From positions 303 through 64,302 of the forward strand of contig JASNZL010000009.1 in NCBI GenBank assembly GCA_048499675.1: a DNA stretch of 64,000 nucleotides, given 5' to 3'. The notes beneath the pieces were generated by a model. The model had not been told where the DNA came from. It saw nothing but the letters and a program-made list of their open reading frames with translations, and made no database searches. Source of the stretch: Candidatus Zambryskiibacteriota bacterium (GTDB lineage Bacteria > Patescibacteriota > Minisyncoccia > Phycocordibacterales > WO2-35-19). Both the position numbers and the translations under genes were made by a program. Positions 37,986 to 47,205 of this stretch are shown one piece after another; the first letter of the stretch is position 1; every line of letters begins with the position of its first letter.

Positions 37986-40900
37986 TAGAAGATGGCTCAA
38001 CCGGAGCTTCTACAACCGGCTCCTCAACTACTGGTTCCTCTACCGACTCCTCCACTACCGGCTCTTCAACCGCCGGTTCCTCTACTGGCTCCTCAACCGG
38101 TGTTTCCGAAACTGTGGTCCCATCACTTACTGTTTCCTCACCCGAAGTATCATCGCTTGTAGTATTATCGTCAGTACTACCTCCCCCTGATTCACCTCCC
38201 GAAGTTCCACCATCAATTGCCGGACTCTGCCCTGCCGAATTCAAAATCTGTTGTAACTCAGTCTTTGTAATACACACATCATCCAAGCACAACACTTCAG
38301 TCTCCACTCTTTGCGCAGTAATTTTTTCTACAACTAGATTAACAAGTTTTACAAAATTATTTCCAATCTCCAAACCGATTTTCTTCAAGAAATTAAATAG
38401 CCCAGCAAACACAGTCGGTACTTCCAAACTTTCGCCACCATTCAAATCAGCAATTTCTACACCTCCAACATCTCTCCAACCTTTTTCTACCAAAACTATA
38501 GTAATCTCACTTGTTGTCGTAATCCCGTCCACCACTTTTTCAGTTGTAGTCGCAAGAGTCAATGCGCGCCCAACAGTATATCCACTTTCTATCATTTTAA
38601 CAGCAACCCCCGGAGTAGTTGATGATAATGTCAAATAATCACCAACTGCAATATCTCCATTCTCATTTGAAACTTTTACTGGCACCTGTCCGACCAAAGC
38701 CACAAGGACATTGTATTTTTCGTAATTAACATCACAATCAATATCACCCACCTTACACACTGGACCATTTCCAACAAATCCGGGATTTGTGGAAACAATT
38801 CCAACCGGTTCGTTCATTCCCAAAGTTTGGTAATCTGCTCTCAAAACAGCATTTTCTCCAACTTGATCGAGCATTACAATCTCACCCGCAACAGGCAAGT
38901 TATTTGTATCTGCCACTCTGAAGTATTCGGCCAAGTCAGCGCCTGATGTTGTATATGCGACAGCACTTGCACCTCCTTGGATTTTACCGGCCACAGTTCC
39001 CGCACCATCAGAAAATCCAATAAAGTAGTTGCCCGTTGTTCTGCTTGCATTTGCAACACCAAGCGAAATCAAAAGTCCATCTGCTCCAGTACCTGTGTTT
39101 TTGTTATTTATTCTAGCGATATAACTTGAAGCACTATCTCCGTCTACATTCAAGGTGTAAGTAAGAGTACTTGTTCCTATACCAACGCTTTGACTTGCGC
39201 TATTTACAACAAGAGCAGTAGAACCAGAACCATTCTGAATATTTAACGCTGTTGTGCTTGAAATATTCATAAACAAACCTCCTGAAGCAGTAAATCCAGA
39301 CAGGAATGTTCCGCCAGAAGAAAACATATTTAACAGATTTGATGTCTGCCCCGCAGACGCAGTTATGTCTATACCAGAATTATTCGTTGATGAAGTATCT
39401 ACCTCAAAAACAGGAGAACCAGCAGAAGTTTGAATAGAGAAAGCGGTCGTAGATGAAAGTCTTTGAATAAAAGAGCCCCACTGATTAACTTCAATCACGG
39501 TCCCACCTGTTGAGGTTGCAATTCTAAATATATCCGCGGAAGCAGAACCTTGTATAGCAAGTTTGGCTCCCGGTGAAACAACACCAATCCCCACATTTCC
39601 TCCCAAAGGATTTAATGTCATATCAAGAGCGATGCCTCCCGCTGTTTTTGTTCTAGCTTGAATCCAAGAAGCATTGCCACCGTTAACACCCAGAGCCAAG
39701 ACTGCATTCGTTGTACTATTTCCAAACAAAGCGCCTCTCGTTGGAGCAACTGAGAGTGCTTCTATCGCACCATCTCCCGCGTTGTTTACATGAAAACCAA
39801 CATTTGGAGTAGTGGTGCCAATCCCCACATTTCCATCTTGATTTACAATGATTCTGTTTTGATTATTAGTCCAAATGCTTGCCGTTGTTGCATCCACATT
39901 AAATCTCTGATTTTGAGTAGTTGAATCTCTAAGTCCACCACCAGCCCCAACAATATAATTTCCGGTCACATAAGCCGTTCCAATAACAGTAAGTTCTTGA
40001 GATGGGCTTGCAGTTCCTACTCCAACTTTCCCATTATTCAAAACAGTAAAGAGTGAAGTTGTTGCGCTTCCAGTTGAGCTTGCAATATTGAATAGTGTTG
40101 TATTTGTCTCACCATTGTTTGCGTGAATAGAAAGTTTTGCGTATGGTGATGTGGTGCCGATTCCGACGTTGCCATCATTTTGTCTTATATATAGTTGCCC
40201 AGAATTAAAATTAAAATTACCTGCCCCACTTATTGTTAGTCTCTGGTTTGCTCCACCTGTTCTAAATATAACAGAACCACTTCCAAAGTTATCAAAATAT
40301 AGTCCTCCTTGACTTGTTCTAAACACCATATTTCCTGCTTGGTCTAAAGAAAATATACCCGCACCCCCAACTGTTTGGAATGAGATTTCTGCCTGAGATG
40401 ACAGAGCTGTAGATTGTGCTTTAATTTTCGCACTACCAACAGTTGAATATACATGCAACATTTCACTCGGACTCACCGTCCCCACCCCAACATTCCCATT
40501 ATCCAAAATAGTAAATCTTTCTGTGTCAGCACTGTCACTCACTGCAAATGCTCTACCTGTAGTTGTCCCACCACCTTTGACTGATAGTTTTGCACTTGGG
40601 CTAGTTGTTCCAATGCCGACGTTACCTCCGCTTGCTTGAATCACAAAATTTCCATATCCCGTACCTGTCTTTGCTCCGTAGTAAGTTAGTGTTCCGTTAC
40701 CGGTGGTATTAAATGTAAACCAACCACCCACTTCCCCAGTATTCAAACCTTGCCCAAACATTAATCCAGCAGTTGATGCGCCGTACAAATGTAGGTTACT
40801 CTGAGGATTTGTCGTCCCGATGCCAACCCTACCAGAATTTTGCTGAACTATAAATTGGGAATTGCCAACAGTGAAGCCACCTGTTGAGATGGTTGATGTA

Positions 40901-42879
40901 GCGGTAGTTGAAGTAGCATTGAAATTACCAAATGTTGGAGTTGAGGTGGCTGTGATAATTCCTGAAGCGTTTGTTGAAAGAAGTGAATTAATTGCAACAG
41001 ATGAAAGTGTAGTGTTGCCAGAAACAGTGAGTCCTCCGCTTAGAGTTTGGAGAGCAGTAAATGTATTTGCTGTGTATGTTTTTGGAATTGTGGTTGATGC
41101 GTGGATGTAAGCATTGACTACTGAGTCAGAGTACGAAGTCAAACAACTACCTGCGATTGCAAAACATCCACCCGATAGGTTGATGCCGACATTTGAAGTG
41201 GTGGTTGCTTGACCGGAGATGTTTAATCCTGAGAGAGTGGTCGTACCAAAACCAAGTGCTGATACAGAGAGTTGTGTCGCTGTCGATGAACCGATGACGA
41301 AGCTGACCACATCACCCGCTACAGGATTGACTGAAAGTTTTGCAAATGGAGTAGTTGTCCCTATTCCAATCCTGCGGTTTTGGGTTCCACCGACCCCGTC
41401 TGATTCGGAGTAGATAGTAAACATTGGGTTGCCGTCTATCTGAGCGGTGTATGAATTGACAGTACCCAAAGTCGAAGCCGAGGTGACAGGCATATCAATC
41501 CAAGAGACGATTCCTGAATCAGCTTCAAAATTTATATTTCCGAGCGCCAAGTTATCAATTGATGTGACACCAGTTGAGGAATTGTGTGTCAAAGCGCCAC
41601 CGCCTACACTCAAATTTCCTGCGATTGTCGTCGTGCTGGTAGTCCCATACGCGGTAAAGAATTGAGCCAAAGTTTCGCCTTGGACAGAAAGAAGTGCTGA
41701 TGGGCTTGTGCTCCCTATTCCCACTCTGCCACCCAAAGTCGCAAGGTATGTATTGCCGGTCGCTGTGAGTTCTGTAGTTGTAGCGCCTCCGTTGAATATT
41801 TGTAATTGTGACCAAGTGTTTGCGGTGGTCGTGCCAAAAGCAAGGGAGATGTTGTTGGAAGATATTTGAAGAGGATAGAGAGCGCTCGTTATCCTATTTA
41901 TATATGCAATGTTCCAATCAGTAGTGCTTGCAGTTAGGGGTATGTTGTAGCCAGAAGTTGGGGCGATGTTGTTTGCTGTCCTTGTGAGTCCTCCAGAGAA
42001 AGTAAGTGGCGCTTCAAAATCTGTACCAAGAATCGCAGGAACAACCGAGCCAGAAGCGTTTGTTTTGAGCAGTGAGGAGGTAATGTTTGTGATGGCAAGA
42101 TTTGTCGTCGTTGCTTGTCCGGCCATTATATTTTGCAGTGTTGAAAGTCCGGAGATATTTAAGGTGCTTGTGCTCGTAATTCCGCCACCAAAGAAAGCGG
42201 TGCCTGATATATATGAATTACCATTTACGCTTAGTGTCGCATTTGGAGTGGTAGAACCAATACCAACTCTACCAGTCGATGTTACAGAAAGAACACTTGA
42301 GGAGCTTGGACCAAAAAATTCTGCAATTTTGCCCGCGCCATTTTGAATTATTGTAAAGTAGGTGCTTGCAGTTGTTGTAGCGTTTACAGCATCGCTTCGT
42401 AGGAATTGCTCGCTTGATAAACCATCAAGTCTATCTGCTTCAAAGGAGGCAGGGACCGCACCGAGTTTTTTCCTTGGCGACAGAGTCTCCCAAGTGACAC
42501 CGTCGGTACCGCCAATTTCTACCTCAAGCCAGAGGTCTTGATTGAAGTTTACTGATGTGAGAGGAGTGGAAGAACCGAGCAAAACAGAGAATAATCCATT
42601 TGTTACATTTATCCTATTACCAACAACTGCCGAACGATCATCTTCCCATATATGACTACCGCCCACTGCCTGTGTGTAGAGTCTAAACTTCATATGGTAT
42701 AGACCATCGGCAACAGCGGTGTTTGAGGAATTGGTTAGTTTACCTTGATAATTTATTTGTTCATTAAAATTAGCAGATGCAATTTCTGGAAAAGCAAAAC
42801 CATAAGGGAAAAGAAGTCCCACTATTATTATAGTGTTGATGATTTTGTGATATGTTGTTTTGCTAATAAAATCTTTCAT
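37972..42879 (-). CDS. giant (1635 aa) secreted/surface beta-repeat fibre-like protein with acidic PEEPV-repeat C-terminal tail
   Basis: N-terminal signal/TM segment. More than 12 copies of G(N/R)VGIGTTSP.AKLSV.G. Gly/Thr/Ser-rich. C-terminal (EEPV)n. Confidence 0.55.
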   Translation of the reverse strand: MKDFISKTTYHKIINTIIIVGLLFPYGFAFPEIASANFNEQINYQGKLTNSSNTAVADGLYHMKFRLYTQAVGGSHIWEDDRSAVVGNRINVTNGLFSVLLGSSTPLTSVNFNQDLWLEVEIGGTDGVTWETLSPRKKLGAVPASFEADRLDGLSSEQFLRSDAVNATTTASTYFTIIQNGAGKIAEFFGPSSSSVLSVTSTGRVGIGSTTPNATLSVNGNSYISGTAFFGGGITSTSTLNISGLSTLQNIMAGQATTTNLAITNITSSLLKTNASGSVVPAILGTDFEAPLTFSGGLTRTANNIAPTSGYNIPLTASTTDWNIAYINRITSALYPLQISSNNISLAFGTTTANTWSQLQIFNGGATTTELTATGNTYLATLGGRVGIGSTSPSALLSVQGETLAQFFTAYGTTSTTTIAGNLSVGGGALTHNSSTGVTSIDNLALGNINFEADSGIVSWIDMPVTSASTLGTVNSYTAQIDGNPMFTIYSESDGVGGTQNRRIGIGTTTPFAKLSVNPVAGDVVSFVIGSSTATQLSVSALGFGTTTLSGLNISGQATTTSNVGINLSGGCFAIAGSCLTSYSDSVVNAYIHASTTIPKTYTANTFTALQTLSGGLTVSGNTTLSSVAINSLLSTNASGIITATSTPTFGNFNATSTTATSTISTGGFTVGNSQFIVQQNSGRVGIGTTNPQSNLHLYGASTAGLMFGQGLNTGEVGGWFTFNTTGNGTLTYYGAKTGTGYGNFVIQASGGNVGIGTTSPSAKLSVKGGGTTTGRAFAVSDSADTERFTILDNGNVGVGTVSPSEMLHVYSTVGSAKIKAQSTALSSQAEISFQTVGGAGIFSLDQAGNMVFRTSQGGLYFDNFGSGSVIFRTGGANQRLTISGAGNFNFNSGQLYIRQNDGNVGIGTTSPYAKLSIHANNGETNTTLFNIASSTGSATTSLFTVLNNGKVGVGTASPSQELTVIGTAYVTGNYIVGAGGGLRDSTTQNQRFNVDATTASIWTNNQNRIIVNQDGNVGIGTTTPNVGFHVNNAGDGAIEALSVAPTRGALFGNSTTNAVLALGVNGGNASWIQARTKTAGGIALDMTLNPLGGNVGIGVVSPGAKLAIQGSASADIFRIATSTGGTVIEVNQWGSFIQRLSSTTAFSIQTSAGSPVFEVDTSSTNNSGIDITASAGQTSNLLNMFSSGGTFLSGFTASGGLFMNISSTTALNIQNGSGSTALVVNSASQSVGIGTSTLTYTLNVDGDSASSYIARINNKNTGTGADGLLISLGVANASRTTGNYFIGFSDGAGTVAGKIQGGASAVAYTTSGADLAEYFRVADTNNLPVAGEIVMLDQVGENAVLRADYQTLGMNEPVGIVSTNPGFVGNGPVCKVGDIDCDVNYEKYNVLVALVGQVPVKVSNENGDIAVGDYLTLSSTTPGVAVKMIESGYTVGRALTLATTTEKVVDGITTTSEITIVLVEKGWRDVGGVEIADLNGGESLEVPTVFAGLFNFLKKIGLEIGNNFVKLVNLVVEKITAQRVETEVLCLDDVCITKTELQQILNSAGQSPAIDGGTSGGESGGGSTDDNTTSDDTSGEETVSDGTTVSETPVEEPVEEPAVEEPVVEESVEEPVVEEPVVEAPVEPSSTENP

Positions 42880-42939
42880 CTATCTGCTTTTTTGTTTTTT
42901 ATGTTTTGTTTTAAACTTTTACCCACTAATTACTGTTGA

Positions 42940-44679
42940 CTATTGACTCTTATCTCTAAACTCTTGCTCCTCAACTATTGACTGTTGACTCTCAACTGTT
43001 GACTCTTCATTCGTGTCGAGTTTAGTGTCATTTGAAAAATTTTCGTAGCTTTTCGTATCTTTCGCCCGCCTGCGAGCGCCTGCAGTCGCAGACAATGGCG
43101 GGCAGGCATAATTTTCGTATCGTTTCTTTTTCTTAAACAACAGCAACCAAAATTTTCTAAACAACCAAATCAAGAGTAGAACAAAAAGTATGAACCAGAA
43201 GTATTCAGACAAAATAATTAGAAACCCTGTTATTTTGTCAGCCAAAACAAAATTGTTTGATAGAGCAAGTGATGCAACAAGATTCCCGTCTATTTTTTTT
43301 AGTCCTTGATTTTTGTGATCGAGAATAGATATATGCATTCCGTAATTTCCAGATCTGCCAAGTGGAGCAATCACCGCCTCATAACCATTTTTTTCTTTGT
43401 TTATCCTCAAAAGGAAAGAGAATACTTTTGATGGATCTATCGGGTCGTAGAGTGTGATACTAATTGTTTTTAAAACTTCAGGAACTTTTTCGTAAGGCAG
43501 TCTGACTGTAAATGGTTTATCGCCAATAAGAGAAACTGTGTTTTTTTCAAATGGAAGTATTTTTCCTTCTTGAATAAATTCAAAATCTAACAAAGACAAC
43601 TCTTCTATCATTTGATCTACAATCGGGGATTTTGGGAGGAAGTCATATATATAAGGAGTGTGATCTACTATTTCCCCCGGTAGCGCTATGCGAGCATGAG
43701 CAATCGCTCCAGACGCATAATTTCCATTTTTATCTACCGCAAAAATTGTATAGAAATACAATTTTCCTTTTTCTACATCTCTATCAACATAAGATTCGCC
43801 TAATCCTCTATAAATTTCTTTTCCATCTAATATGTCCTTCGGGTAAAAAATGTCTGAACGGATTATCCTCACTTCTCTTAGATCTTTATCTGGTGGATTG
43901 TTCCAAGACAAATCTATCGACGAATCATTTTGTATTGCAACAAAATTTATTGGGTTTGAAGGTGGAGTAAAGTCAGGCAATGATTTTGTTTGGAATGTGG
44001 TTTCGGCAACCACCTGTCTACCAAAAGCATCTACTGATTGTATCTTTATATAGTATGAGGTATCACTCTCAAGATCTGAGATTTTTATATTGTGTGCCGG
44101 AATATATAATTTGCTTTGTATAGAACCCAACTCATAGTCTTTTGTTTTTCCCCAGAAAACCGTTCCCAAAGTAGCCCTGTTTGTTATCCAATTAATGACT
44201 GCAGAATCTGGCTGTGTAGCAATGTTTATATTGATAAAAATCAAAGAACTTCCACCGGGAGGCCCGACTACAGGTTTTGGAGTTGTAACAAGGACCGAAT
44301 CAGAAAGAGGCGATTCATTTGTTGCATTATCTACGGTAGACACTCTATATTCATATAAAGTATCTGCTTGTAAGTCAGTGTCGTAGAAAAATAAATCTGG
44401 AGTAGTTCCTATAAACACACCGTCTCTATATATCTTGTAATGAAGAATTCCAGCCGAAGCTGTCCCAGCATCCCAAGAAAGGTTGATTTGGCTCGTCGAT
44501 ACTGCTGTAGCGACGAGGTTGGTCGGGGCAGTTGGTGGTATACCATCTGTCACTGTTACACTCACCTCAAAAGTGCTCTCAGAAGCATAGACGTTTTTTA
44601 CACCAGAAAATGAACCAAACAAAAGAACGAGACAAACGTAGGCTGATATTATTTTTTTACTTTTTGAATTTAATTTCAT
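42940..44679 (-). CDS. membrane-anchored surface protein with fibronectin type III domains. Its C-terminal tail is encoded partly by an inserted REP/TIR sequence.
   Basis: Signal peptide. FN3 motifs (PTAPTNLVA...INLSWDA...YEYRVSTVDNATNES). C-terminal TM helix and KKKKR stop-transfer. The tail codons ACPPLSATAGARRRAKDTKSYENF derive from the GC palindrome at 43065-43112. Confidence 0.55.
   Translation of the reverse strand: MKLNSKSKKIISAYVCLVLLFGSFSGVKNVYASESTFEVSVTVTDGIPPTAPTNLVATAVSTSQINLSWDAGTASAGILHYKIYRDGVFIGTTPDLFFYDTDLQADTLYEYRVSTVDNATNESPLSDSVLVTTPKPVVGPPGGSSLIFININIATQPDSAVINWITNRATLGTVFWGKTKDYELGSIQSKLYIPAHNIKISDLESDTSYYIKIQSVDAFGRQVVAETTFQTKSLPDFTPPSNPINFVAIQNDSSIDLSWNNPPDKDLREVRIIRSDIFYPKDILDGKEIYRGLGESYVDRDVEKGKLYFYTIFAVDKNGNYASGAIAHARIALPGEIVDHTPYIYDFLPKSPIVDQMIEELSLLDFEFIQEGKILPFEKNTVSLIGDKPFTVRLPYEKVPEVLKTISITLYDPIDPSKVFSFLLRINKEKNGYEAVIAPLGRSGNYGMHISILDHKNQGLKKIDGNLVASLALSNNFVLADKITGFLIILSEYFWFILFVLLLIWLFRKFWLLLFKKKKRYENYACPPLSATAGARRRAKDTKSYENFSNDTKLDTNEESTVESQQSIVEEQEFRDKSQ
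43035..43135. repeat. solo copy of the MITE terminal repeat (ttttcgtaNcttttcgtatctttcgc...attttcgtatc) split by a family-2 GC-rich REP palindrome (43065-43112)
   Basis: Aligns with the right inverted repeat at 9301-9343. The 3-nt 'acg' is replaced by a 46-nt palindrome gcccgcctgcgagcgcctgcagtcgcagacaatggcgggcaggc. Confidence 0.5.
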
Positions 44680-44682
44680 CTT

Positions 44683-45462
44683 CTAGATTGGCAACAAAGT
44701 TAAGGTTGTAGTAGCTGTGTATGTGCCCTCCGGCTGATTTCCTCCGTATATAACTTCTGCTTGGAATTTTATTGTGGTAGTTGCACCATTTGGATGATTA
44801 CCACTATTTCTAGTACTTATTATTTTTTCTGTAGTACTTAAACCGTCCCAACATTTATTTTCATTTGAACTAGTCCCAGCATTACAAGAAAAACCATTAT
44901 TTTTGTAAGCATTTGAAACATCCAAACCATACGGATTGAATCCGAAGTGAGAAACAGTAGGTTGATTAAAGTCTAGATCGGGATCTGCTCCTATTGGTGA
45001 GTAGTCAGCAAAACTGTTTGCTCCCCAAGTCAATGCAGGAGAACTAAGAGCCTTTATTGACAACTCATAACCAGAAGGACTATCTGTCGTTACAACAACA
45101 GAAGTAGTGCCCGAAGCAATACCGCCTGTGATTCCAGCAATTGATGGTAGTAATACAACATCTGGAGCAGAAGTCATTGCTAAATAAACTTCTTGCATTT
45201 GTTGATAGCCTGCTTTTAATCTGTATGAAGTGCTTCCCGATTCACCCGTAGCTATTTCTCCAAAAGTATCTTCGATTATGTAGCTTGCAGAATCAGAGTA
45301 AGCTCCTCCAAAATTTATGCTATCACTTTGTATTTTATAACTACCACTAGACATAACCTGTCCAAAAACTTGACCAAAGGAAAAAATGTTTACTACAAAC
45401 AAAATTAAAAATGGAATATAAAATTTAATTTTGTTTAATTTAATTTCTTTTTTTAAAAACAT
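44683..45462 (-). CDS. secreted beta-rich surface protein, WxL-domain-like (paralog of 46475..47155)
   Basis: Signal peptide. Shared motifs with the paralog (GxTGGxxxGxTxVVVxTxxxxGY, TATTTLT C-terminus). Confidence 0.3.
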   Translation of the reverse strand: MFLKKEIKLNKIKFYIPFLILFVVNIFSFGQVFGQVMSSGSYKIQSDSINFGGAYSDSASYIIEDTFGEIATGESGSTSYRLKAGYQQMQEVYLAMTSAPDVVLLPSIAGITGGIASGTTSVVVTTDSPSGYELSIKALSSPALTWGANSFADYSPIGADPDLDFNQPTVSHFGFNPYGLDVSNAYKNNGFSCNAGTSSNENKCWDGLSTTEKIISTRNSGNHPNGATTTIKFQAEVIYGGNQPEGTYTATTTLTLLPI

Positions 45463-45481
45463 TTTGTTTTGTTATGACAAT

Positions 45482-46465
45482 TTATTTCCTTTTAATCTCA
45501 AATTTAGACATAACCAATTTAATCAGAGTAATCACTATTACAAAGAACACGAACACGAGACCTACGAGCATCCAAGGTATTACGTAAAACGTAACAACTT
45601 TTGTGTCAATTATGTTGTCATAACCTCTATTAACGTTAAGTTCAGCATCATATTTCCCAAACAAAAATGATGGGCTCCAAGACACCTCTCTTAACCTAAG
45701 AGAACTCGGCATCGCAAACCATGGCTCTATTTCTACAAGACCAACCTCCTGACCAAAAATGTTTTTGATTGAAATCTCTCCATATGGATTCAAGTGAACA
45801 GAACCTTCGTTTCTATAAAGAATCTGGAAATTAACTGGCGAACCTGATATGAATTTTTTATCACCAACAATTTTGAAATCTGTAACTTCTCCTTTTTCAT
45901 TGACGTCCCCTGGGACTCTAACAAAAAAGAGTATTCCTATTCTAGAAACTATTGCAGTACCACCGGTTGCACCCGATACTTCTCGCCCTTGGTTTAGTGT
46001 TGTTGTTGTAACAAGAATAGTTCCATAATGACCCCCCGGTTCTACATCTTGAGGAACAGATATTTTAACTGGAATTGTAGCTCTTTCATTGTTTTTAAGC
46101 TCAAATCTTTTTGGCTCAAAAATAAGATAGTCTCTTAGTGAATACGGACCTTTTTCATCTCCAAGCAATACGACAGTTTGGTTTGTAGATTCAGAACCAA
46201 TAAAATCTTCTACTTGGAGTTCGAACATTCTATCCTCACCCATTCTATTACTTACATATATATCGATTGTTCGTGATTCACCAGGACTCAATAAAACATC
46301 AACTTTCCCAGGGCCAACTACAAAATCTCTAGTTCCAGAATATTCTCCCAATTGTTCAATTTTGTAATTTGCGTAAACAGATGCAGAAGGAACAACAAGA
46401 AACAACAAAAACATTAAAGCAAGGAATGGTTTCTTTATTCTTTTTTTAATTTTTATTTTTTCCAT
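45482..46465 (-). CDS. surface protein with N-terminal signal peptide and C-terminal TM anchor (DUF916/CscA-like partner of WxL proteins?)
   Basis: 327 aa. C-terminal TM helix VGLVFVFFVIVITLIKLV followed by basic residues. Sandwiched between the two paralogs. Confidence 0.3.
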   Translation of the reverse strand: MEKIKIKKRIKKPFLALMFLLFLVVPSASVYANYKIEQLGEYSGTRDFVVGPGKVDVLLSPGESRTIDIYVSNRMGEDRMFELQVEDFIGSESTNQTVVLLGDEKGPYSLRDYLIFEPKRFELKNNERATIPVKISVPQDVEPGGHYGTILVTTTTLNQGREVSGATGGTAIVSRIGILFFVRVPGDVNEKGEVTDFKIVGDKKFISGSPVNFQILYRNEGSVHLNPYGEISIKNIFGQEVGLVEIEPWFAMPSSLRLREVSWSPSFLFGKYDAELNVNRGYDNIIDTKVVTFYVIPWMLVGLVFVFFVIVITLIKLVMSKFEIKRK

Positions 46466-46474
46466 ACTCGTTTG

Positions 46475-47155
46475 TTAATTTGTTGTTGCTGTTAGTGTGG
46501 TTGTTGCTGTGTATACGTCTTCAGGAATAAGTGGTATTGGATTTGGGTTTATAGTTAGTCTGAATTTTAGAGTTGTAGTAGATCCGGAAGTTGGTGTGAA
46601 TGTATTCCTGTTTACTAAGACATAGTTTGTTGTTGTTGCATTAAGCCAACATCTATCTGCTGTATTTGATGATCCGGTTCCACAAGCTGAAGTACCGTTA
46701 TCTAACCAACTTGGCGCTAGGTCAGAAGTTGTACTTGCTTCTACGGAATAACCAAACTCAGCAGTATTTGCGGGTACCGAAAAGATAAAGTCAGGTACAC
46801 CGGGAGTTGTAGGTGTGTAGTTTGGAATTACTCCACCCTGTGTATGCCCTTGCATTGCAGGAGTCGAACTTGCTTTCAGTGTCATTGTGTATCCCGCGCT
46901 ATCGTTTGTTACAACCACAACTTGTGTTTGTCCGTTTGACGTACCTCCAGTCAAACCGGGAATAGAAGCTAGTGTTACATCTGTGGCGGGAACCGAAAAG
47001 GCAACTTCAGACGTAACAGAAACGCTTACCGTAAACTGATCTTCTATAGCAAGCAAGTTGGTTGGTTCTAAAGTTGAGAACCCAGCAAAGCTTATTAGGC
47101 TTAATATGAGGGCCCCAACTATAATTTCTTTTGTGTGTATTTTTTTTGCATTCAT
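46475..47155 (-). CDS. secreted beta-rich surface protein, WxL-domain-like
   Basis: Signal peptide. PSWL...CWL motifs. Confidence 0.3.
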   Translation of the reverse strand: MNAKKIHTKEIIVGALILSLISFAGFSTLEPTNLLAIEDQFTVSVSVTSEVAFSVPATDVTLASIPGLTGGTSNGQTQVVVVTNDSAGYTMTLKASSTPAMQGHTQGGVIPNYTPTTPGVPDFIFSVPANTAEFGYSVEASTTSDLAPSWLDNGTSACGTGSSNTADRCWLNATTTNYVLVNRNTFTPTSGSTTTLKFRLTINPNPIPLIPEDVYTATTTLTATTN

Positions 47156-47205
47156 TTTAATAAATTAATAATTTGAACTAATAATTTTTAAAAGAGTTGA
47201 AGAAT

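Noticed and set aside
37868-38638. 256-aa + strand ORF antisense to the C-terminus of the giant fibre gene
   Set aside because: It overlaps the acidic repeat tail of a well-supported minus-strand gene. Its Ser/Thr-rich low-complexity translation is typical of antisense reading of repetitive DNA.
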